Positions 49,579-63,381 of a DNA stretch of 64,000 bases are shown one piece after another. This DNA comes from Takakia lepidozioides (taxonomy: Eukaryota; Plantae; Bryophyta). The stretch is from assembly GCA_030704615.1 (NCBI GenBank), contig CM060734.1, forward strand, positions 248,001 through 312,000, read 5' to 3'. Every line of letters starts with the position of its first letter. The first letter of the stretch is position 1. Made by a program: the position numbers and the translations under genes. The notes under the pieces are model-generated. The model was not told where the DNA came from. It ran no database searches and saw nothing but the letters and a program-made list of their open reading frames with translations.

Positions 49579-52500
49579 ATGAAGAGAGTGAGAGGCATGG
49601 AGGAAATCAGGGTGAAGAGCACCACGATTCTGCAGAAACAAACAATTGCTACCCCACAGGCGATACAGATACTGGAGGAGCTGAGATTGCAAGGATTGCA
49701 AAGCCTAGATTGGACACTACACCATAGACAGTACATGTTACAATTTTTGCAGAACTTTGAGCCAAGGACAGGAACAACAACGGTGAAGGGAGTTGAATTA
49801 ATGATTACTCCCCTATACCTCCAGCAATTGTTTCGATTGCCAGCAGGTCAGGTGCATGTGGAGCAACATAGGGCAAGACTGCAAATAGAGGACTTATTCC
49901 AAGAAGGGAGTTTCTTTAAAACTCAGGGTTATGCTTGTACCAAAGCTGTGTACCCAGGGTTAAAAGAGGTAGGCCAGGTATTGAACGTTCTGATTGCCAT
50001 GAAACAGAACCAACAGTATTTGAGCAGATCCTTCACGGAGGAAATACTCAAAGGCCTGAAGGGACGAGAGGTACAATGGGCGGACATAATGTACAACGCA
50101 CTGGTAGAGGAGATGAAAAGATTACAAGGTACTACCGCAAAGTCTCCTATAATAGTGTCTGGCCCAATCATTGCTCAAATAATCCTTGATTCTGGCATAC
50201 TTAATGCGCAAGAAAGAAAGGAAATGGGAGTGTTTGAGCCAGCAACAACTGCAATGGAAGAGCAAGGCTCTTCACACAGTGAGGGTGGACTAGCAGGGCA
50301 ACCTGAGACTAAGAAGCAGAGACGGGGAAAGACTGTGGTGGCGAATCCACTGGCTTCACGGATTCCGCATGATAATGTTTCCCAAGCTCATGGCCAGGAA
50401 GGGGCACAGCAGCACAGAAAAATGCTATTACTGGAAGCAGGACCTTCAGAGAGGGAGGAGGAAGTTACTTCTGCATCACAACCATCACAGCCACTTGAAC
50501 GACTTGTCACAAGGTCACAAGTTATCCATGCAGCTCAACCAGAAATAATTGATTTGGAAAGTGAAGGGTTAGATATTCCAACTACAGAACAGATAGTGGC
50601 AGAAATAGAGAAGGGGGACCTTCTCTATGAATATTCTGGTCTGGTCAAGGAGACAGAAATCCCAGAGGTGCAACAGTTGCCCAAGGGAAATCCTGAGGTG
50701 CATATAATACACACACCTGTGTCGGAGGTACCACAGGCGGAAGGTCATGACACTGTAGCACCGGTGATAGATGAAGTAGTTCAGGAAGAAAATCCGGTGG
50801 GACAATGGCCTGAATGGTTAGTGAGACATCACACTGTTGAAGATCAGGAGGAACAGCAGCAACCTCACCATGATGACCCTCAACAGGCAATGCTGATGAG
50901 TTCCATAGGCAGGACACTTAATTTGTTGGGGACTTATGTCAAATCCCATGTTCCAATTACCCAATTGACAGCCTTGAAAGAGGAACTCAGGAAGGAGTTT
51001 GAGGCTCGACTTGCCACTGAGTGTGCAAACAAGGTCGATGAAGAGGTCACTCTCAAGATGAAGCACGACTTGGGAAATACAGAAATGGCTTTGCAATTGG
51101 CCAAGCAACAATTGATTGAGGCAGGCCTCGCGCAAGACCAGTTGCACGAAGCACATAAGCAATAGCTATACGAAATGCAGGTGCAGCATGAAAGCAAGTT
51201 GCAAGAACTGAATGCACTACATACGGAGTTGCAGACAGTGCATAACAGGATGGCGATACAATGTGCTACATTTACAACTATGCTTGACCAATCTACAAAA
51301 GAAATAAACAGTCAAGCGGAAAAATGTACGAAGGCAGAAGAAGAGAATGTTGAGCAAATGAAGCTCATTGTCGATATGAAGAATACAATCTGTCGCAATG
51401 AAGATACTTTCAAGCAATACAGGCAGATTGAAGCTGATCAAGAGAAGCACATCGTGGAGTTGCAACAAACCATCATGGCCAATAGAAATGAAATCGCGGT
51501 CAATAACAAGGCTTGGAAGGAAGCCAATAATCTACTTGCTGCTTATGCGCAATTGGTTGAACCTCAGGCGAAGCGCATGGAGGCTTTACAACAGCAGTTG
51601 GAATTGTACAAGCTAAGAGAGGAGCAAACTCTCAGGGGAACCACAAGCAACTTGGTGGATAACAGCCTTATGCAGGTCTGGTTAGCACAAGGGCCAGTAG
51701 AGGGCAAAGCACCACGGAAGCTCACCCAAAGCGAGATGAATGAGCTCAGGTTGCAGGTGCAGAACATTGCCACAACTACTATAGACAATGTCTATAGTAG
51801 GATAGCAGAGTTACAAGAGGATGTAGACGGACTCCAGACTCAAGTGGAAGACCTCACTTCAAACATCGACCAAAGAGTCTGTATCCCTCAGGAACAGCTA
51901 ATGGCTTCTTATTTACAAGCCAGAACTTTGGCTTTTCAGTCTTCACAGGAGGTGCAGGAGATGCCAATGATACAAGAGCCAGTACCACCACCACCACAAC
52001 AAGTCACTGTACCAGTAGCTGAACTTGTGGTTACTACAACCACACCACAGCCACCACAGCAGGAGGTATGGGGCAATGCCGCTTTTAACCCACCTAAAAC
52101 TCCAGCTGCAAGGGAGTACAGTAGGGCTATGATTATGCCCTTCAACCAAATTCCCATAATGTTGGATTTGGCTTGGAAAGAATTTAGTCCTCCGCAGTCA
52201 TTCGCACATTACTACCAAATCATGCGTATTTGGCTGCCAGTGGCAACTAGGACTAAAGTTCTTCCGAACAATCGACATATTGAAGATCATCACTTTGCAC
52301 AATACTGGCACGAGGCAGGTACCATGTTGAGGGAACTGATTGCTTTCCAGGTTGTACATGGACTCATTTATACCAAGACCAAGGAGATAGCAAGTATTGT
52401 CATGGGGCGGGTTATACTACGCTGCTTGTTTTCTGGTACGTTACCACATTGAGCAACAAAAGATGCAAACACGTTTTCTGAGTTATTCCAGTGGAGATCA

Positions 52501-53128
52501 TTGGGTATTACCTTCGGTGCCACCTCATATGTACCTATATGACCCAAAAGTTATGATGCAAAAGGATTCTCAAATTCGTTCATGGTTTCAAGCGGCCTGC
52601 AACCATTTGTCAACACAGAAATTCGGCATTGATGACATTTTCTATAAGGGACATGTGGCATGGAAGTACTTGCACGCTGCACCAGTAATTGGTACCCCAC
52701 TCACCTGGACAGACAAGGAGCTCAGTGTCTACACCAATTTTGCTGTTCAGCGGTTACACCAAGTTGTAAAATACAAACTTCCAGACATGGTAGGACAGCA
52801 TTGTATGCCCCAGATGATTCCACAAAAAGTTCGAAAATTAAAACACCTGAGAGGCGATGAGGATTCTGATACAACTGTTTCTTCACCGAATTCTTTTGAC
52901 ATGGGAGAAGACTATGCAGTTCAGATGGCAGAGAAGAAGCGAAGGGGATCTCCTATGCCGGAAAGGTTACCTCGATATCAGCCTCCAGAGGGCCTCACTT
53001 ATCCAGGTAATGATCAACCATCTCCGTCAACCAGAGACAGACCTCGGGCTCGTACACACAGTCCGCCACGAAACTCTCAACGTCAAGAAGGTGCTCACTC
53101 ACAAAGGTTTGCTAGTCGAAATCAGTAA
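49579..53128 (+). pseudogene. F1 3' extra ORF (~1180 codons, one stop at ~51163 and one frameshift at ~52430)
   Basis: Three consecutive ORFs; homologous to the F2 extra ORF at both ends; lies directly before the PPT and LTR. Confidence 0.78.
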
Positions 53129-53166
53129 ACCGTGAGGACACGGCTTTTTGAGGGGGGAAGGGGTAA

Positions 53167-54131
53167 TGTTAGAGGACTGTCGGGGACTTAGACACTTATA
53201 CGGGATCTGTAGGGTACCCTTAATTTTTGCACAGACTGAGACCAACAGGAGCCTTAGGGGTGACAGCAGCGCACTGTAGAGGGGGGTTACACAGCCCGTC
53301 ACAGCCAACACAGCCAACACAGCCCGTCACAGTCGTCACAGCCAACAGCCAACACAGCCCGTCACAGTCGTCACAGCAGACACAGCCGACACAGCCCGGC
53401 ACAGCCACACAGCCAGTCACAACCCGACACAGCCAAACACAGTCGCACAGCCAGTCACAGCCCGTCACAGTTTCACACAGCCAGTCACAGCTTGACACAG
53501 CTGTCACGATCATAGGGAACGAAGAGTATGACAGGGAATGACTGTGGGGAACAACACCTGCGAAGGGAACATGTTAGTTCACAGACGACGGTTAGTGAGG
53601 GAAACAGTTAGAACCGCGGATAGGAAGATAAAGGGAGAAACGGGGAATTGAGGGAGATCATTCGGAGGAGGACTTCTTGGTGATAGAGGAGAGGGGATCG
53701 GGCAGAGATGAAGAACGGAAGTGAAGATAGAGAGATGATGAATAGATGCTTGATATATGCAAGGCTGTAATGATATTGTAGAGGAGATTAGAGACACAAT
53801 GGCTTCGGCCTGATACCTGATAAATCATAATCGGATACTTTTACGATACAAACACACTGTGTAGAGAGATCTGAGTGAAGCTGTGGAATGAATGGATGAG
53901 TTGATGGAATCCAATAGATTGATAAAGCAAACTGATACTTAATTATCAATGGTAAGATAGTTAACATGAATACCAAAAGGGAAACAAATAGGAAACACCC
54001 CCATGATACACTAGCTGTAGGTCATGACTGATTGTTCTACGCGGGCTGAGTACTTAGAGATTTCCAACTCTTCAATCTTGGAGTTTCCGCCTCGAATAGC
54101 GAAGGGATGGGTGAGTAAAAGCCGCGCGACA
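53167..54131 (+). mobile_element. F1 3' LTR (965 bp)
   Basis: PPT GAGGGGGGAAGGGGTAA, then TGTTAGAGG...GCGCGACA. Confidence 0.92.
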
Positions 54132-55227
54132 TGCCCCAAGACCAAGTTCTATGTCTGGGGTAGGGAAATCATTACCATAACAGGCTGTAATCAGATTTAC
54201 ATGCCATGCAATCATCCATAGGAAACACAAAGAATCTGAATTGCTCATCCCATCGGGCCTGCAGGTTACTTTGGTACTATTTATCCTAAAGCAACTTGAA
54301 TACAATGCCTGAATCATTCTCTTCACATCTACCAATGTCTTACCGTTTTGGAAAATAGGTAAACATTCGAGGGCATATAACCAAGGACCGGATTGGCCAC
54401 GAAAGATCCATCCATATCAGTTTGGCATGGTATCAAGTGTCCTAAAGTAACCAGCTTCTAAAAGAGGCTAAGTTTCCAATGCTTGTACATTCAAGAACAC
54501 TGTCTGGTCATGAAAACAGGTCTGCCCTACATTGTAGCATGTTACCAGATCTCTTTAAAGCCATCAGCTTGTCATATCGTCGCTCCATTGTCACATCAGT
54601 ATGCCATAGGGAACAAGAGATAGTCGCCCTAATGATTGTCATAAAGTAACAATCGGGAAATCTTATATCAGACTTTTAGTGTTTACCCACCCTTGTTTTG
54701 GGTGTACAAAACCAAAGGGGGCAGGTATTGGGACTTAGGTGATGAAGTCTGGCAGGGTTTACCGCCTGGTTATATTCAGACAAAACATCTACCAGCAGCA
54801 CATCATAATTGGGTATTTTTTTTATGGTGCTATAAAGAGCAAAGCCATAACCAGGAGAAACATGGAAACATTTGAGCCAAAGAAATGGAACTCATTCTTA
54901 TCATGAGGTATCTAAATCTGACATAAGGCATCGGCTACAGGGGACCGGCAAACAAGAGTAATGTGCATTGACCGGATCATGTATAAGGTGTACACGTCTA
55001 CTCCAGCAAGCTGTCTTACCAAGGCCTAGCTCAAAATTTCAGCATTCAGAAGCCCTATAGATGTTCTATGCTTATCTCAGGTACCTTCAAGGATGCCTTA
55101 CTCTCCATGACCAATTAGCCAACATATTTTTGCTGGAGAAGATCTTACCTTATGAAGGACTTGCTTGCTCCACACCATGGTCATGGCGGGAGAGGAGGCT
55201 GATATCTCATGGCTTTGGCCTTCCCAT
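54132..55227 (+). repeat. Partial macro-repeat unit
   Basis: Near-identical to 8995-10095. Confidence 0.93.
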
Positions 55228-58200
55228 TGTCAAGTTATTTTACCACTAGTGTGAAACTAGCTAGGAAATAGCTAGCTTTTACATATTGACATTTGGGATT
55301 GGCCCAAGTGTCAATCCAGGGGTCAAGGCAGATTTAGGCCCTGGAGTGGTTATCTTCACGGCAAGCGCGGGAGGCTCATCTTTCTCGAGTTGAGCCTCAC
55401 CGCGCCTAGCTATGGCGCCGTAGTGTGGATTCCCCATGGCGTGGGGTGCACTTGGCTTGACTTGTATTTGAGTGATGAGGTTATATATGCCTGAGTTTAT
55501 GCTTCAGCTTTGTGAGCTCGCATGAGCTTGTGCTTGTATTCTTCCTCTTTATCACTCGAGAAAGATGAGCTCGTATCTATGAGTGCTAGATACGAGTTAG
55601 TTGTAGCACTTGTGGTTTTTGCTTGAGAATGAGAGAAACCAAGTTGTTATGCAAGGAGCACCGTGGAGCTCTTGGTTGTTAGAAGCAGAGGCGATGTGGG
55701 TTACGAGGTGGTAAACCTTGGCATTCGATCTTCAGCTTCAGAGATGAAAGCACCATACTGTAGGTAATTCCAGAGCACCTTGATGGTTTCAGATTGTGTA
55801 CATGCATGAGCAAGCACGATTGGGAAGAGGACCAGTCAAGAGCAGGTTATAGTGGCTTTGGTGGCAAAGCTGAGAACTGGACTTGGGAATGCGAGCTGTC
55901 ATTGTGTGAAGGATTGCAAGACCAAGCGAAAGGGCTGATTTGGCTTGGGGCAAATCAGTGCACTTTGTGGAGTATGTGAGATTGGGTTTCAATCTCGAGC
56001 TTCAGCATTGAGAGGGCTCTTGTCATGGCGAGAGCAGGGCTGGAACAGGAGCTAAGAGGTGCGGCAAGGCCATGGAATGTGCACCTAGGGTTACAGAGCT
56101 TGGAAGAAGAGCTCTTGCACCACAAGAGAAGTGTCTTGTGGCTGGAAATGTAAGCCTTAGGGTTTCAGGAGCTTGGCAAAGGCTATGGAGTGCTTAGTCT
56201 TGTCTTAGAGAGCATCAAGGAGCCAAGGAGCCAAGATAGGGGGCTGATATCTCTTGTGTGAAGAGGTTGCATGTGTGGAGCATGTATTCAGCTCATTGAA
56301 GCTTCCATCTTCAAGCTTGGAGGGCAAGCAAGGAAGAGGGAAGGGCTGACTTCCCTTATGTGAGGGCAATGCATGTGTGGAGCATGCTATCAGCCTGGTG
56401 AAGGCTTGCACTTTCAGGTGTGGGAGTGCAAGAAAGGAAGGAAGGGCTGGTTTCCCTGTAGGGCATGTGGAGCATGCTTTCAGCATGCTGAAGCTTGTAT
56501 TTTCAGGTTGTGGGTGCAAGAAATGAAGCAAAGGAGCTGATTCTTTTATGGTGAGAGTGGGGCATGTGTGGAGCATGCCTTCAGCCCATTGAGGCTCTTG
56601 TTTTCAAGCTTTAGAGAGCTAGAACGGAAGGTCTAGGGCTGGTTTCCACTTGGAGTGAAAGAAAAGCACTTGTAGGGCATATGTGAGTTGGGGTTTCAAC
56701 TTCAAGCTTGAAGGGAGCGCAACTCTTGAAGCAGCAGGTGTAGGGGGCTGGAAGAGGCTCTAAGACAGATGCTATGGCCAAGGAGAGTGCTTGAATGAGT
56801 GCTCACAAGGGCTGGGAACCAGCAGGACTTGGTTGTTTTGCCATTGAGTTTAGTGGCGTGTTTGGGTAGGCTAAGTGAGAAAGAAGGCTTGGTTTGTGGC
56901 AACCACCTCATGGCTTAGGGCTACTATGGTGGTGTGTGGGAGCTGAAAGAGCAAGGATACCTTGCTGATTTCCTCACAGCCACCATAGCTCGGTGGAAAG
57001 AAGCCTAGAGTCCAAGAGACACAAACCCTAGCTTGGCGTGGCTAAACCCCTTGGAGAAATGGCTAACTGCCAGAGCGGCCATGTGGGGCTGTGGCAAGCT
57101 GTGGCAAGCTGTGACGGGCTGTGACGGGCTGTGTCAGGCTGTGGCGAGCTGTGACGGGCTGTGACGGGCTGTGGCAAGCTGTGACAGGCTGTGATGGGCT
57201 GTGACAGGCTGTGCCCTGTGCCCTGTGGGGCTGTGACGGGCTGTGTCAGGCTGTGACAGGCTGTGCCCAGTGGCCTTTTGGGGCTGTGACGGGCTGTGCG
57301 GGGGGTGATAGGCTGTGCCCTGAGGCCTGTGGCTGTGACGGGCTGTGACAGGCTGTGCCCATGGCCTTTGGGCTGTGATGGGCTGTGAGGGGCTGTGACA
57401 GGCCGTGCCTGAGGCCTTTGAGGCTGTGATGGGCTGTGACAGTTGTGCCATGTGGGGCTGTGACGGGCTGTGTCAGGCTGTGACAGGCCGTGCCTGAGGC
57501 CTTTGAGGCTGTGACGGGCTGTGAGGGGCTGTGACAGGCCGTGCCCATGGCCTTTGGGGCTGTGACGGGCTGTGAGGGGTTGTGACAGGCCGCGCCTGAG
57601 GCCTTTGGGGGTGACGGGCTCTGAGGGGCTGTGACAGGCCGTGCCTGAGGCCTTTGGGGCTGTGATGGGCTGTGACAGGCAGTGCCTGAGGCCTTTGAGG
57701 CTGTGACGGGCTGTGAGGGGCTGTGACAGGCCGTGCCCCATGGCCTTTGGGCTGTGACGGGCTGTGAGGGGCTGTGACAGGCCGTGCCTGAGGCCTTTGG
57801 GGCTGTGACGGGCTGTGAGGGGCTGTGACAGGCCGCGCCTGAGGCCTTTGGGGCTGTGACGGGCTGTGAGGGCTGTGACAGGCCATGCCTGAGGCCTTTG
57901 GTGTGATGGGCTGTGACAGGCCGTGCCTGAGGCCTTTGAGGGCTGTGACGGGCTGTGACGGGCTGTGACACGCCTGCCCATGGCCTTTGGGGCTGTGAGG
58001 GGCTGTGACAGGCCGCCCTGAGGCCTTGGGGCTGTGACGGGCTGTGACGGGCTGTGACAGGTTGTGCCTGAGGCCTTTGAGGCTGTGACGAGCTGTGAGG
58101 GGCTGTGACAGGCTGTGCCCAGTGGCCTGTGGGACTGTGACGGCTGTGACCAGTGAGCTGTGTGGGCCTGTGCTGGTCTGTGGTGGCCCGTGTTGACCTG

Positions 58201-58374
58201 TGGATGGCCTGTGCTGACTTGTGGAGGCACTGTTGGACTAAGGACTGGCATGTGGTCTGGAAGGCCGAATTTTGAAGCTCGTGGAGGGCGGTTTGAAAGT
58301 ATCTCATGATATTCCCATGGTCATTCAGGTGTAGGCTATGTTAGGAACTTAGTATTCCAAACCAAGCCGCAACA
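55228..58374 (+). mobile_element. Putative long LTR/5' region of a third LTR family (E)
   Basis: Begins TG where the macro-repeat breaks and ends AAGCCGCAACA just before gag. Boundaries are uncertain. Confidence 0.4.
57080..58150 (+). repeat. GGCTGTGAC(G/A) ~10-bp minisatellite with ~50-bp higher-order units
   Basis: Directly visible repeat; reverse complement of the CACAG repeat in F1 LTRs. Confidence 0.95.
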
Positions 58375-58640
58375 GGTCTCTCTACCCCCGGTTACCTTGT
58401 GGAGAGGGGGTTAGGGACATGTTCATGACCGGTTGAGTGTCAACACGGAGGGTGCCACTAGTTGCTGGGGACAGTGCCGTTCGAGCACTAGCGATACTAG
58501 TGGGTACACGAGACGAGGTGTGCGGTTTAGGCCACCTTCACCTCCTGTGTCTTCCACGGAAGGTTCTGATTCGGATTGTGAATCAGGAGGGCTCATACAG
58601 GCGGTGGCAAGTTGTTTTCTTTGCCATTATTGTGGACACA

Positions 58641-60202
58641 ATGGAGGAGATGTATGGAGCTACCAAGGGGCCACGAAGGTACTCTGGGGCGGTGGGCACC
58701 ATTGAGTTGGATGATTTTATCCAAGAGTTGATAGTTGGTGTGATTTGCAGCAAATGCGCAATCCACAACTATTTACGCCGTTCATGGCATGGAAAGGGCT
58801 GTTTCAGCACCTTGAGGGGCCGCCTATGGATGATTACCATGAGTTCAGGCGGGGCATGAGGTTGAGATCGAGGAGTGGAGGATGTACTAGTCACCGACTA
58901 TGTCTCCATCACTAGGGGCACTAGAGCCACAAGGGCAGTGGCTACACCTGCCGCTGCACCGGCAGCTTCAGCAAGCAGCAGTGGGACTGGTGGTACAGTA
59001 GCTACGACGTCCACCCAAGCCACTACCGCACCATCACCAAGCACTAGCACCCGTGCCTGCCTTCAACCCTGTTGTGGAGTTCTTCGAAGAGTTGAGAGGA
59101 ACTACCAAGGGGTGAGGACAGAGAAGTTGCGGAGCTTGCAAGAGTTCCAACGAACCGACCGAGAGCTTGAGAGAGGCTTTCACTCGCATGAGGCGCTTGA
59201 TAAATGTAACCCAAGGGGTTACGGAAGCTCAGGCAGTCCAATTCTGGTATGGGATATTGGACAAGGAGCTGAGGAGAAGTGTGCGGGATGCAACTCTCCT
59301 ACAAGCGGCCCAACCCACCTTAGCAAATGTGTTTTTGCTGCAGAGCGGATAGAGCTCAACATGGTGGAGGAACGAGTGGTCATGGTGGGATTTGCTAAGG
59401 AGACACCACGGGGTAGTGGTGCTTCCTAGCCAACCACTACCTCAACGTGCTCAAGGGCAACAAGGGGCTCAGGTGAAGCTCAGGAAGGGCAGAGAGGACC
59501 TCAAATGCAGGGTCTCTCCCTTCATTTGCTGGCCAACAACAACGGCGGATGTGGTGTGCTGGACATGTGGAGGACCCCATGTCAAGAAGGATTGCCCAGA
59601 GGGAGGCAAAGGGTCGGCACATGCACAGCCTGCACAGTTGCAGTGTGGGCATTGTGGCAAGCACGGGCATGGAGAGGCCCAGTGTTATAGTTTGCCATCC
59701 TGAGTTGCGCCCAGGCCAGTTCCAGGGAACAATGGTGGCCGGGGGCGAGGTGGAGCAGCCCAGAGAGGACGAGGTGGCCAGCCACGAGGTGCAGGCCAAG
59801 GGCAAGCTCAACGTGGCCAAGGACGCCGCGGAGGTCAGGGTGTTGACCAAGGCATGGCCAACCGGCTTCAGCAGCTAGAGCAGAGGCTCGCTGCCATGGC
59901 TACAGCTCAGGTGGTACCGGCTCTAAGGCCGGATGGTCCACCTCCTGCTCCTGAGGGAGGAGATATGGGAGGCATGGGATTCATGTGTGGAGCAGCACTA
60001 CCACTAGTGCAGGTGGAGTCTGCTGCAGCCGTGACTCGAGGACCAGCACGAGTTCCTGAGCCACGAGGTGCAGAGGTGGAGTTGGATCCACAAGCGTGGG
60101 GAGGCAAGCCGTCAGGCTAGGCTTCCTCAGTCATTCACATTGGCGGAGACAGTGTCGACGCCACCCCATTGCACCTAGTTCTCACCCGGACTATTACCGA
60201 GG
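58641..60202 (+). pseudogene. gag: Gag-like ORF with two zinc knuckles (family E), frameshifted
   Basis: ELDDFIQE...; ESLREAFTRM-like motif; CWTCGGPHVKKDC; CGHCGKHGHGEAQC. Confidence 0.75.
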
Positions 60203-60702
60203 NNNNNNNNNNNNNNNNNNNNNNNNNNNNNNNNNNNNNNNNNNNNNNNNNNNNNNNNNNNNNNNNNNNNNNNNNNNNNNNNNNNNNNNNNNNNNNNNNN
60301 NNNNNNNNNNNNNNNNNNNNNNNNNNNNNNNNNNNNNNNNNNNNNNNNNNNNNNNNNNNNNNNNNNNNNNNNNNNNNNNNNNNNNNNNNNNNNNNNNNNN
60401 NNNNNNNNNNNNNNNNNNNNNNNNNNNNNNNNNNNNNNNNNNNNNNNNNNNNNNNNNNNNNNNNNNNNNNNNNNNNNNNNNNNNNNNNNNNNNNNNNNNN
60501 NNNNNNNNNNNNNNNNNNNNNNNNNNNNNNNNNNNNNNNNNNNNNNNNNNNNNNNNNNNNNNNNNNNNNNNNNNNNNNNNNNNNNNNNNNNNNNNNNNNN
60601 NNNNNNNNNNNNNNNNNNNNNNNNNNNNNNNNNNNNNNNNNNNNNNNNNNNNNNNNNNNNNNNNNNNNNNNNNNNNNNNNNNNNNNNNNNNNNNNNNNNN
60701 NN
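60203..60702. other. Assembly gap (500 N)
   Basis: Run of N. Confidence 1.
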
Positions 60703-61585
60703 GCCTTGTCTGTCTACTTGGCTTCCCCCTTTTGTGGATCAAAATCGCATATCGCTCCTCTTGCCTCATGAGCACGCGTTGCTTCTGCTCAGTGACAGCA
60801 GCTGTCAGAGTCTACATGCAATGGTCCCCGCCAAATGCGGCCCACACATGAAGCCCATACCAATCTGGTCTTCCCTAGGCATAGGAGGTTGTGCAGGTGG
60901 GGCTTGAACCTCAGGCCTTGGAGCTGGCGCAACATGTGCTTAGTGGCCATGGTAGCAAGACGTTGCTCTAGCTGGGCAAGCCTATCCACCATGCCTTGGT
61001 CATGACCTTGACATTGTGCTCCCTGGTTTTGGTTACGACCTTTACCGCGACATCTGCCGCCTCCTCCTTACCTCTCTGGACTACTTGCCTTGTCCCTCGA
61101 CCACATTGTTCCCTTGAATTGACCTGGCTGTAGCTCATGATGCAAGTCATAACAATGGGCCTCATCATCCCACACTTGCACAAATGCCCACACTGTAGTT
61201 TTGTAGGTTGTGCCTCTTCCGGCCCTTTGCCTCTCTCACGGGCAATCTCTCTTAACATTGGGTCCTCCACAGCATCCCAACATGTCACACCCACTGTGTT
61301 GGCCTGAGAATGAAGGAAATGACCTCTGCAATTGAGATCCTCTCTGTCTTTTCCTGGGCTTCGTTTGGGCCCCCTTGTTGCCTTGAGCACATTGGGATAG
61401 TGGTTGTTGTTGGCTAGGAGCCCCGCTTCGTTGTGTCTCCTTACCAAACCCCACCATGACCACTCGCTCCTCCTCCACCATATTGAGCTCTATCTGCTCT
61501 GCAGCAAAACACGTTTGTTAAGGTGGGTTGGTCCACTTGTAGGAGAGTTGCATCCCGCACCCTTCTCCTCAGCTCCTTGTCCACC
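60703..61585 (-). pseudogene. gag: Diverged inverted fragment of family E gag
   Basis: DKELRRRVRDATLLQ...RLAQLEQRLATMAT, matching ~59260-60100. Confidence 0.8.
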
Positions 61586-62300
61586 TCGCATCGGAGCCCC
61601 CCGGGAAAGGTGTGCGGGTAACAAGATTCACATGCATGGAGGCCTACTGAAGACAAGCCGTATCAACGTTGCTGGAAAGATACATAATGGGAGAAGCCAG
61701 TGAAATTTAAAAACTTCAGGGTCTCATCCGTACTGGATGAACACCTAATGAAAAATGTGGCTTGATGTGTTTTGCAATAGGGTACCCATGTTTCCATGGA
61801 AATAGAATATGAAGGACCGACATAGGGTTCCTACCAATGTTGGGGGGGCATTACTTTTTTAATACCAGCCAGATCCTGCTATTGAAATATTTTTACTTTT
61901 CAATACTGGCCAGTTCCATAGTATTAGAATACTCACAAAATTTTTGATATCATCTGCCTGTTGTTCTCATAGATTGTGGATTTTGAATTTGCCGACAGTT
62001 ATCAACCAATGTTATTCCAGTTGTGATACCAGCCGGTTACCAAATGATTTGATTTACGTTAGTAATTTAAAGTGGTAGCCTGAGTACGGGCCGATTTATA
62101 AGTAAATATACCTGGTTTCCCAAAGAAAAATGAAATATTGCAAAAGCCCTTTGCATTACCTATGCATATTTTATCAAATCAAGTGCATTTAGTTAGGAAC
62201 ACTGGTTGAAGTCTCATTGTCCAACATGGCCGAATCTTCTCATCCTTTGTCTTTGTGTTTGGAAAAAAAAAAAAAAAAAAAACTTTTGACCAAGGAGAGA

Positions 62301-62810
62301 TGTCGCTTACCTCACTTCGGTAAACTCCCTTTCATGTCATAGTTATTTACTTTGGTGCGCACGCCTAACTCCCAAACTGGCCGTCGGGCTAACTTGGAGC
62401 TTCGGCGGCTCACCAGGATATAACGGTCCCCCCTTTACTCTCCCTCACGCACCCTCTACTACGCGTGCCGAGTAGAAATTCCCTTTGATGTATGCAAATC
62501 CGGAGGAGCTCCCCAGACTTTAGTCGTTTTCCGACTTGTTTGTTTGCTTCACTAGCTTTTGGTCGCTTAATGGGCTTACTCTGTTCTTGGGCTTGCTACT
62601 CCCTATATATACTTCTGTAGGTATCGGAGGGGGTCTCACAATGAGCTCAAATCTTTTTTGGTGAACCTCAACTCCCTGTGATGAATCGTGGTGAGCCTTG
62701 GCCCACCCCACACGGCTCAATGGACCGTGGTAAGCCCCAAGACTCCCCACGACTCCCACCACAATGCCTCAGCCCCATGGTGAGTCTTATGTCACCTACA
62801 CTACAACTCC
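62301..62810 (-). mobile_element. Diverged chromovirus-family LTR fragment
   Basis: TGTCGC.TACCTCACTTCGGTAA... homologous to 39384-39900. Confidence 0.82.
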
Positions 62811-63381
62811 CTATGCTACGACCACCCCACTCGGAGCCCCCACCTTAGTAGCTCTTCTTTATTACCCTCTCGCCAGAACCGCGTCAAAGCCCTCCCGATC
62901 AGCTCCGCTATACTAGTTACACAGGGGCGGTCATCCCCTGGCATCCTAATGCTCTCTATCAGCGCTACGACGTACCCTAGTGCCCCTAATGCTTGGAAGC
63001 CAACAGTCATGCTCCTCCCTGGTGTAGTGCACAAGAACGAGGCTAACTTGGTCAAGCTGGTCCTCGCTCATTCTCCCTTCGAGGCCTATCTATCTTCCTA
63101 TCCGAGTTCTTGCCCTCCGGTGGCTGCGGTATGAAGCCACAACGTAGCGCGTTGGGGGCAAGGACCTACTGCTGAACCATACAGAAGACAAGAAAACCAC
63201 CAACACAACGACACAAAATACACACCGGTCATCCAAAATTCTCCCTTCGTATGTTTTACTAACAAGGCAATCCCCCAATTGGGGTGTGTGGCTGCTATAT
63301 TCTACCAATACAATACGAGTCACAGCCCGATTTCTCTCCAGTGCTGTCTTTTCTTGCTAATCACTATTTCAGCCTGACTAG

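Noticed and set aside
49579-53128. Retroviral env gene or host gene
   Set aside because: No evident signal peptide or transmembrane segment, and it lies inside the element directly before the PPT.
57028-58307. 350-400-aa S/Q/P/T-rich ORFs
   Set aside because: Translations of the minisatellite.
62301-63213. Complete solo LTR ending at ...ACGACA
   Set aside because: No matching 5-bp TSD, and homology fades after ~62810.
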